Below the pieces are notes generated by a model, which ran no database searches, had not been told where the DNA came from, and saw nothing but the letters and a program-made list of their open reading frames with translations. Positions 21,741-30,859 of a stretch of 31,167 nt of DNA are shown here, one piece after another. Source of the stretch: Octopus sinensis (lineage: Eukaryota); NCBI RefSeq assembly GCF_006345805.1, contig NW_021832895.1, forward strand, positions 1 through 31,167, in the 5' to 3' direction. Position 1 is the first letter of the stretch; the number at the start of each line of letters is the position of its first letter. Position numbers and translations under genes: made by a program.

Positions 21741-23125
21741 AATGGGCGGGTAAACAGAGTGATAGACAGATGTTGAAGTTTTTCTTTTGTTCGCTAAACT
21801 TAAATCCTGTATAATAGAAGCAAAATCAGCGAAATAGGGTTCGCTTAAATTCAAAATCAGCAGTTGTGTACTCAATACATGGCATTAAGTATATTATTTA
21901 TTTAAATTGGATTCTTTTCCTCGCAACTTAAAGATAACGTCTCTGCAACCACCAGGCGAGAATATTATTTTGCTATTTACTTGACCTGTTAGAAATACCC
22001 GCTTTTAATTACATTCTGTCATCAGAAAAAGTTAAGACTCATTTAGTTTTATATAATATAATCTTAGGCATGCAATCTAGAAGAAAAAAAAAGCTGGGGG
22101 TAATCTGATATTAAGATTACCCTACCAAAGCAAACACAACTGCCAAACAATAAAAACAGCAACTCAAAAAGAATCACTTTTATTCATTCCATTTCTCTTG
22201 TTAGATTTGGTCTTAACCGGTCTTCCAGTCTAATATTGTCACCTGATAGGAGTCTTTAGTAAAGTCCTCTGATGTAACTTCCTCTCTTTTCACTAGTCGC
22301 TGAGAAAAAGGATCATACCTACTGCCCTTCACTCTTTGACTAATTAAAAGGCTGCTATATTTATGGTTCTCCTAGAAATACATAAAAATACCATTATCTC
22401 TCCTTATTAAAACATTAATGATGTTTAATGGTCTGTTCTTGGTACTATCCTCAGATGTAATTCAAATAAATTCTTACATTGGCGTAAAGTTACAATGTTA
22501 TAAATGTGTGGTATCATCTATTAAATCGACTTCCAGTTTAGTAACAGCCGTGTTATATCGATACTAGATAAATGAAAACTGAAGTCGACAATCCTGGGAT
22601 TTGAACGCTTAACCTAAATTCTTTAAAAAAAACTTTGTTCAACACATCCACCTATTATCTTAAATCTCCAATGGTTTCTGATATCGGCAATTTTGGAGGG
22701 GCGGAGATAAGTCGATTAATGCTAATTATAATGATATGATTTCGTGTAGGTTTAACTTCTATGGTGCCATATCAGATGATATAAGATAATTGCTTCTTGT
22801 TTTTTCTCTTCAGAATTTTTTAGAATCAAATTCTCTCCTACCAAACACATCTGATATCAAATGAACAACCACGTTGCTGTGTTAGCACATATTTAGTTGA
22901 TTCGGCACACGGGGAATTAATTTCATCATAATATTGCCTCTTTGGATATCATATTCTCTAACAGTCTTCCGCTAAATCTTTTGATAATTCATTCTTAACC
23001 AAAAGCCGGCTGCGGGCTGCATCCTCCTTTCTCGTGCAACCGGATAATAAATAGCTGATAGCTGATAGAAATAACAAACAGAATAGACTGGCCTTCATAT
23101 AAATATATGCTCCACCCAAAACAGC

Positions 23126-23127
<2 letters not shown>

Positions 23128-23160
<33 letters not shown>

Positions 23161-23178
23161 CACACACACACACACACA
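23128..23178. repeat. (CA)n microsatellite
   Basis: Direct reading. Confidence 0.95.
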
Positions 23179-23789
23179 TCACCATTTACATTATGCAATA
23201 CTGAGAGGCTTTGGCATCATATATTAACATCTTGTTGGCATTTGCTAACCAGAAACCTCACCAATGTGTTAAGTACCAGCATCTCAGTACAAAGTTTACT
23301 CATTCAAACAATTACTTTCAATAGAATATTTCAAATCCCTAAGTAATTAACTACAAAATACTACGATTTAAAGTGAAGCAATGTATGATGACACAGCCAT
23401 GATGCTTGTGATCACAATAACCCGGAAAAAGGCAACCGTTTATTTTTTTTTTTTTTTATAAATGTATATCAAGACTTTTAGTGCATTGGTTTATAAATTA
23501 TATTCCAAATACAAATATTTTTCTTCTGTCCCTGTTCTTCAATCTATTTCATTCCCTCTCTCTTTTTCTTCTTTTCTTTTTCTCCAACTGCTTATCTGTC
23601 TGTCAGTCTGTGCCTCTGCTCTCTCTCCCTATTTTACTTTCCCTCTTTCCCTCTCTCCCTGTCTTCTGTGTGTTGTGTGAGGATTTCATAATTCATCTAT
23701 TTATTGCAAATGTAAGTGTAAAAGAAAAAGGGACAATTATGACATAGATCCGGGTATCCCATACCAACATGAAAAACCGGACGTTAAAA

Positions 23790-24120
23790 CTATGATGATG
23801 ATGATGATTGGTGGTGAAAATGATGATAATGGTGACGACGATGACGACGATTCCACGACAGCGACGACGATGCAGCTGACAACCACGAGAGTGACAGTGA
23901 AATAGTGTTACTCGTAGGAATAGTAGCAAAGAAGAAAATGGCAATCGTAATGATGATGATAACAGCGTCTATGAAGACATCTTGCCTTGGACTATTTTCT
24001 TTTTATTTCTTTTTAATTCTTTACTTATTTATTTATGTTTGCTTTGCGGAGTTGCAGTGGTGGTGGTGGTGGTGGTGGTGGTGGTGGTGGTGGTGGTGAT
24101 GGTTGTGGTGGCAGTGATGA
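23790..24120. repeat. Degenerate (GAT/GAC) triplet tract followed by (GGT)n at ~24056-24097
   Basis: Direct reading. Confidence 0.8.
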
Positions 24121-24279
24121 GGAAGACGGAAAAGAGACCATCAAACTTCATAAAGTATTGCTTTACTGAAACTTTTCAAGTGAACTCTCTTCATATGTTC
24201 AAGGTTAATGTCTGACTGACTGTCTGTCAGTCAACAATTCAAAAGGAGGCTACTTACCAATTACGGAACCAATTTCCAC

Positions 24280-24405
24280 TCATACATACATACATAAATA
24301 CATACATACATACATACAACATACATACTACATACATAAAACAACACATACATACATATATATATAATATATATATATATATTATATAATATATATATTA
24401 TATCA
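24280..24405. repeat. (TACA)n and (TA)n microsatellites
   Basis: Direct reading. Confidence 0.9.
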
Positions 24406-24504
24406 TGCCAAAGATAGAAGAGCAAAAGTTACTCAAGAGACATACGAACTTCATAATCGCCATCATCACTTCCACCTGGTCTTTGCATGAATACACGTAT
24501 CCGT

Positions 24505-24600
24505 TTGCTCTTTACTCTTTCGCTTATTTTGTTCATTAGAATGCGGCCATGCTGCGTATCACTTGAGGGTTTTTAGTAATTTATATCGAACTAGTATATA
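24505..24600 (-). mobile_element. Old family C-like SINE tail fragment
   Basis: ctctttactctttcgcttattttgttcattagaatgcggccatgctg matches the tail at 29421-29470. Confidence 0.6.
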
Positions 24601-24689
24601 ATATAAAGTCTGGAATTCATTTTAATGTAACTACATATGCCGTTTTTCAAGCTATTTTAAAACTAATGATATACATTGACAGACATGTA

Positions 24690-24912
24690 TACGACCGATA
24701 TACATACATATATATACATATATACATACATATACATACATATACATACATACATATACATACATATATGTACATACGTATATATGTAAAGGTATTTATA
24801 TATATATATAAATGTATATAGATGTATATAATATGTAAAAATATATATATTTTTTCTCTCTTTTTTCTCTTAGTATATACTAAGTATATATTTACATATA
24901 TAATTAGAAACA

Positions 24913-24945
<33 letters not shown>

Positions 24946-25108
24946 ATTATATATATATATATACATGTACATACATACATATATAATATATATATACATA
25001 TATATCAATATACATATAACATATATATGTTCATATATACACACATATATGCATATATTTATATACATATATACATATACATATATATATACATATATAC
25101 ATATACAC
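24690..25108. repeat. Large degenerate (TA)/(CATA) simple-repeat field
   Basis: Direct reading. Confidence 0.92.
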
Positions 25109-25409
25109 ATTTTGCTTTCGTTTGGTTTCCTTGTATGTCTCCACTGTCCTGATTTATACAATGTTGAGCTTTCATAAAATCAACATATGTTTTGGAAGAT
25201 ATAGCACCAGCTGTCTTCGAAGACTCAAGTTGCCCTTGAATGCTCAAAATGAGGAGTAGATAGACAGCCGACAACTGGTGAAGTGTCGTTCTTTATGTTA
25301 CTTCTCCTGTTTTCAATATTTTTCCTCTCAATCTTTGCGTATTTAACTCGCTTGTTTTTCGTACTATAAGTTATTTACAGTTGGTGATGTCCTGTAAGCA
25401 GATATGCAT

Positions 25410-25414
25410 TTATA

Positions 25415-25473
<59 letters not shown>

Positions 25474-25500
25474 TACATTTATATACATATAAATATATGT
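25410..25500. repeat. (TA)n microsatellite
   Basis: Direct reading. Confidence 0.92.
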
Positions 25501-25644
25501 TTTGTTCAGTGTTGCCAAATAACACGGAAAAATATGTAAATAATTACCATGGTAGCAAAACTTTACACAAGTACCAATATGGTATCAGCCTACTTATAAA
25601 GGTAGAAAATGAAGGTTTAGGTGAAATAGTTTGTGTAATATAGA

Positions 25645-26204
25645 TAAATAAATGGAGTTAAACGCAGGTGTGTTTGATTCTTGTTATTTCCGACATATGT
25701 TTCGAAGAAAACATTGGTATTATTGCAGCAGAAATAAAATGGTATAAATCAATGGAATCTTCTCATCAGAGAAAAAAAGAAACCAAACACATGAATACAA
25801 CATTTTAACAGTATGTGATGATTGCGTATATGGTGAAGAGAACGCTATTAAGTTTTTCTTTTTTTAAACCGTTAGTAGATATAACGCCAAAGTGGAAGTG
25901 AAATGTTAGAAGACAGACATGGGTCGAATTTTTTGGTAGAAATCACGTATAGAAACTGTAGTATGTTTCTACCAATGCTTGCAACGATAAACGCACTCTA
26001 TAAACGTGTTTACAGGGGGATATTCTGAGATCAGGATAATGTACATCTTACTATTAGAAAGCGAACAAAAAGATTTGCCTTTATCATACGGTAAAGACAT
26101 AGAGAGAATATTCTATTCCAAATCAAATTGTTTATTATGATCTTTCAGATCCTAGATTAATTGTCTAAGCCTTGTATTGTTAAGTTTATTGATATGTCTA
26201 AATG
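25645..26204 (-). mobile_element. Penelope-like element 3' part (GIY-YIG endonuclease C-terminus, 3' UTR and pseudo-LTR with hammerhead)
   Basis: Minus translation FRHINKLNNTRLRQLI*DLKDHNKQFDLE*NILSMSLPYDKGKSFCSLSNSKMYIILIS...VNTFIECVYRCKH fits the C-terminal pattern of Penelope GIY-YIG domains. A hammerhead fold follows downstream. Confidence 0.8.
25687..25774 (-). ncRNA. Type I hammerhead ribozyme motif (HHR1)
   Basis: Minus strand: stem I UUUCU, CUGAUGA (25769-25763), stem II GAAGA...UCUUC extended by CAUUG/CAAUG, GAAA, palindromic stem III ACAUAUGU, cleavage triplet GUC (25694-25692), stem I GGAAA. All core nucleotides are present. Activity untested. Confidence 0.82.
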
Positions 26205-26205
26205 A

Positions 26206-26430
26206 ATATCTAATCTTTACTCTACATTTAGACATATCAATAAACGAAACAATACTGGGCTTAATAAATTGATCTGGTATCTAAAGGAACATAATAAACA
26301 GCTTGATTTAGAATGGAATATTCTCTCTGTATCTTTACCGTATGATAAAGGCAGAACTTTTTGTTCGCTTTGTAACAGTGAAATGTATTTCATCCTGTTC
26401 TCAGATAATCCTCTTGTAAACACCCTGTAG
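26206..26430 (+). pseudogene. Penelope GIY-YIG endonuclease C-terminal fragment (inverted copy)
   Basis: 75-codon stop-to-stop frame ISNLYSTFRHINKRNNTGLNKLIWYLKEHNKQLDLEWNILSVSLPYDKGRTFCSLCNSEMYFILFSDNPLVNTL*. It is the reverse complement of 26006-26204. Confidence 0.8.
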
Positions 26431-26476
26431 AAAACTCTACGTATCTTTAATATATATATATATATATACTTTATTA

Positions 26477-26931
26477 CCGTAAATCCTCGAGTATGATCCG
26501 CATTTTTTACCCAAATTTAAAGGCCAAAATCCCTAGTGCGTACTATATACGAGGTTAAAAATGAAAATTATTTCTTATGCAATGTCCGAGTCTATATTTG
26601 CTGTCCGGCAATGTTTATTCAGACGCATTCTGTGATGTCGGGCGCGAAAATACCTTAAGCTAAGCCTGAAAGCAATGAAGTCATAAAAGAATCATCCATA
26701 ACTTGCAGTAAGCAACATTTATTAAACGTTATTACTGCTATTTCTTTTATTTTCTGCAAACAAAATGCACAAAAAAGCTCCACATTTGCATTATGTTATA
26801 TATACAATAATAATAAGGATGTTACTGTATACATTTTTATGAACCAAGGACGTTATATAGACCTCCTTGACTCAAGTTAGAGAAGGGGTGCCTATTATAC
26901 TCAAGGGCGAACTATACTCGAGGATTTACGG
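26477..26931. mobile_element. Tc1/mariner-superfamily (pogo/Tc2-like) MITE
   Basis: Perfect inverted termini taccgtaaatcctcgagtat (26475-26494) and atactcgaggatttacggta (26914-26933), including the TA target duplication. Subterminal tatactc repeats; no coding capacity. Confidence 0.88.
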
Positions 26932-26994
26932 TACTCTACCTCGGTATTCGATTATCACTTTTTCCGCCCTGTTTCGCATTTATGTGCTACTCTG

Positions 26995-27013
26995 GTATAT
27001 ATATGTATACATC

Positions 27014-27051
<38 letters not shown>

Positions 27052-27185
27052 GTGTGTGTGTGTGTGTGTGGTGTGTGTGTGTGTGTGTGTGTGTGTGTCT
27101 GTGTGTCTGTGTGTCTGTGTGTGTGTGTATGTATGTATGTGATGTATATGTATATATGCATGTATGCATGTATGTATGTATGCAT
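26995..27185. repeat. (TA)n-(TG)n-(TATG)n compound microsatellite
   Basis: Direct reading. Confidence 0.95.
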
Positions 27186-27709
27186 ACGGCAAATAAGAAA
27201 GCCTAGAGGCACATTCATTATACAAGCCTTACTTGCTCATCCCTACATAACACTGAAGAGATGGAGATAACCTGGAAGATTTCGTTGCCGCTTGGCAGAA
27301 ACGGCTGTAAGGAACTAGCACCTACACATCCATTCTGTTTTACTGACAATCTGTTCATTTACTCACTTGCTCATTTATTCAATTAATCACCTGTTCCTAT
27401 ATGATTATATGCTTCCACACCCTTGCTTTTGCAATTACCAGCTCGAAATTTCTTAATCTGTACCACTAAACATGTGTATGTATTCATCTAATACATTGGA
27501 ATAAATAGACATACTGGAATGTTTACCGGCTGATGTCTGTCGATTTTGTATCTTCTCCACTTTCTTATTTGCGTATACAACATGGGTAAACCACTCAATA
27601 TATAACACTCAACTGCGAGATTGCTACGGAATAAACAGCAGTTGGGTATGAATAATTGGGTACACTACCAGCAGTATACTTGGTTTCTCAGCCTCTAACT
27701 CATACAGAA

Positions 27710-27930
27710 ATATATAAATGGAGTCAAACGCAGATGTTATTCAAATTCTTTTGCTTCCGACACATGTTTCGAAGATATCACTGGTATAATTCCAAAGGAA
27801 TAAAATGGTGTAGAACAATGTAATCTCTCTTCAGGAAAATGAAGAAATAAAACTTGTGAGTAAAACATTTTAACAGAATATGCTGGATATGTAAAGTGAT
27901 GAACTGAACGCAATGATAAAGCTGAATTTT
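27710..27930 (-). mobile_element. Second copy of the Penelope-type pseudo-LTR
   Basis: Co-linear diverged repeat of ~25645-25850 (aaatggagt.aaacgcag...ttccgaca..tgtttcgaaga...taaaatggt...aacattttaacag). Confidence 0.75.
27755..27838 (-). ncRNA. Type I hammerhead ribozyme motif (HHR2)
   Basis: Minus strand: UUUC, CUGAAGA (27834-27828), stem II GAGAU...AUCUUC with a 1-nt bulge extended by CAUUG/CAGUG, GAAA, C-AUGU-GUC (triplet 27761-27759), GGAA. Core intact; stem II less perfect than in HHR1. Confidence 0.7.
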
Positions 27931-28329
27931 ATAACTCTGCCTTAAAGCAGGTTATACAGAGAAATCTACCTACATTAATTTCATTCAATCTTATTCTACC
28001 TTTATTAATGAAGACATGAAATCTAGTTGTAATTTAAATGCCACGAAAAATAATGGAAATTACCGTGTGCTCTTACAGGAAAAAGAAAAGTACAACATGA
28101 ACGTTTATTTTATTAATAATCTTTTTTTCTCTACATATTCCATTTTAGTACATATTTTTGATACGGTTTTTCAACAACAGAAACATGTAAAACAAAAACA
28201 TTTTTTTAATGTATTTATATAAAGAAATTTAAATGTAACTAATTTTTTAAAAAGTAGTACTTTCGTTCTTCTTTGTCATAAGTATCTACTTACTAGAGTG
28301 TTACCTCTACATTTTAAAAAAATATATAT

Positions 28330-28368
28330 ACTCTCTCTCTCTCTCTCTCACACACACACATATATATA
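28330..28368. repeat. (TA)-(CT)-(CA)-(TA) compound microsatellite
   Basis: Direct reading. Confidence 0.9.
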
Positions 28369-29229
28369 ATGCTAATAGAAAATATTTTTGTACAGTAGGA
28401 TAATTTGTCTTTCTAAAGTCCATCCCATATCACTACTGACATGCGTAACAAATATTCACTATCATCGGCTTAGGAGGACATGCGTCTAGAATCAGGTTCC
28501 AGGATGCATTCATTCGACCTCCTCCTGGATTGCAGTTGGGTTAGTGTCGCTACCAATTTATTCGGACTGAAATGGATTAGGAATATTGTTTCATAAAGAT
28601 CTATATATTACGATAAATATGCGTGCTTCCGGGATGAGGATGGTAGGTCGGTGGTGTTACTTAACGGTAAGACGGTCACTTCTATCTGTATCAACAGGAG
28701 ACGAAAAGCAATTTTTTTCGGCATTTAAAGACATTTCTCATGAGCACTGTTGGAAAAATCTTTCATCTTGCACAGAATTCGAAATACAAAGTTTTTGATG
28801 TAGAGACATGGTAAAACTACGGCATCTGTACAGATTCCTGATATCAAGTAGATGTAATCGTCTTTTCTTAAACACAACTTAGTACAAGCCAGTCAATGCT
28901 GTTGGTGAATGTCTGCTTTTGGTTTCCATTCAATTTTATTCCACGGTCCACTATAACTTCCTAGAAAATGTATCCCCCACCGGTTGTTGAAAGAAAAAAA
29001 CTTAATTTTTTAAATATTTTATTACAATTATTTAATACAAGGAATCTACCGGTAACTCTTTTATTAAGTATTGAGCACAAAAAACAAATTGACTAAGAAA
29101 AGAAAAAAGAGAATTACTTTAATTAGAACCTTGTGTCTGACGACTACGGCAGATTTCTTTGGATCAAGGAGGAAATTTCTTTCGCTTCAGCATTAAAATA
29201 GCGCTACACAATAGCAAACAGTCTTCACA

Positions 29230-29415
29230 CCGGATGCCTGGCTAGAGGGATTGGCTTGGCTAGGCTTAGTGTAGGTGTAGTATGTTTGCTGTGTAAAAAA
29301 AGATTTTCACAATTCCATGTGGCACTAAGAGAAGAAAGACTTTTGGATCCTACGCCCAACCACGGTTTTCCAAAGCCCCACCGGTGGGTCGTTTGTTCCA
29401 CGTTGAGAATCACTG
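29230..29415. mobile_element. hAT/Charlie-like MITE end fragment
   Basis: Ends in gttgagaatcactg (29402-29415), one mismatch from the end at 13689-13702. The left boundary is a guess and no partner end was seen. Confidence 0.45.
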
Positions 29416-29420
29416 CTATA

Positions 29421-29972
29421 TTCTTTTACTCATTTACTTGTTTCAGTCATTTGACTGCGGCCATGCTGTAGCACCGCCTTTAGTCGAGCAAATTGACCCC
29501 AGGACTACTTATTCTTTGTAAGTCTAGTACTTATTCTATCGGACTCTTTTATCAAACCGCTAAGTTACGGGGACGTAAACACACCAGCATTGGTTGTGAA
29601 GCAATGTTGGGGGGACAAACTCAGACACACAAACACACATACACACATATATACGTATATACGACGGGCATCTTTCAGTTTACGTCTACCATTCACAAGG
29701 CTTTGGCCAGCTCGAGGCTTTAGTAGATGACACTTGCCCAAGTTGCCACACAGTGGGACTGAACCCGGAACCATGTGGCTGGTAAGCATTAAAATCGTCC
29801 TGATGTTCGACTTTAGCGAAGATTAAAAGGATTACTTCTTTGTTCGCTTTTCTTTGGTAGTTATGGGGAAAGAAGTAATTTACTGGAGAAGCTTCGATCA
29901 GTGAGGGCAGTGAGCTTTCAGTCCTAATTAAAATCGTTTCAACTTCTTTAAGTACCACACAGCCACTCCTGG
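29421..29972 (-). mobile_element. CORE-type SINE, family C, head interrupted by a ~165-bp insertion
   Basis: Reverse complement aligns to 21253-21654 along its length. The head is split into 29953-29972 and up to 29787, with foreign sequence between. Confidence 0.88.
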
Positions 29973-30398
29973 GTGTATGTGATGCAATAACAAAAGCAGA
30001 AATGGTTTTTCGGGGATTAGACACAGTCTTCCAAAACCCATGACCTGAGAGTTTTATTTAGAGGCTCGTTACTAGTTAAAAATAAGTTTTAAAATTCATC
30101 TGTGTGTAAATTTTTATCGAAGTACACCACAATAAAGTAACGTGACATGTGTAGTTACTCTCGGTGTCCGAAGAAGGCTACTATCTTTTGTCTCAACTAC
30201 TATCTTTTGTGGTACTCTGAAGTACGTCATTAAAATCGTCCTGATGTTCGACTTTAGCAAAGATTAAAAGCATTACTTCTTTGTTCGCTTTTCTTTGGTA
30301 GTTATGGGGAAAGAAGTAATTTACTGGAGAAGCTTCAATCAGTGAGGGCAGTGAGCTTTCAATCCTAATTAAAATCGTTTCAACTTCTTTAAGTACCA
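29787..30398. repeat. Dispersed direct repeat of 171 bp (29787-29957 and 30228-30398)
   Basis: The two copies differ at 4 positions by my alignment, with no indels; offset 441 bp. Confidence 0.95.
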
Positions 30399-30859
30399 TA
30401 TATAGGGAAGTGAGAGTGAAAACAGAAGTATAGGCCTTTTCTAATATTCATAAAAGGTTGTTGTTGCTTAACTCTAAGTTATCCTTGGTCGAACAGACTT
30501 ATAAGGAAATGCAATCCATCCATAGCAATCCAGTATATTTCAAAAATGTCAAATGTCTCCCTACATCTAACAGTTGAAGATTTAACACGAAATAGCTTTC
30601 GATATTCTCTAACAGGTAGAGTGTATATATACGAAACACAGATGGAAGTTTTGCAAACAGGATTTGGACGAAAGGATCAACCGTTTTGTTTAACTTGGAT
30701 TTGTAATAGAGTTGCTTGAGTTTCTGTGAAGGCGTCTCCTACATGCGGGAATCTGTATTGTGTTTTAATCTACATTTCATTTTTAATTTGAATTATTCCT
30801 ACAATGTTGGAATAAGTCTCTAACAAAGCTGCATCCCTGGAATTTGATTAACAAGATCA

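Noticed and set aside
12380-22030. Other CTGATGA heptamers (minus ~12395 and ~22024; also plus ~7470 outside this span)
   Set aside because: No paired stem II followed by GAAA and a cleavage triplet, so not hammerheads.
23750-23990. Asp-rich acidic coding-like stretch
   Set aside because: Best explained as a decayed GAT/GAC triplet repeat; frames shift and stop, and there are no splice signals.
28600-28720. VVLLNGKTVTS resembling a PIF1/Helitron helicase motif
   Set aside because: Single weak motif; no other helicase motifs in neighbouring frames.
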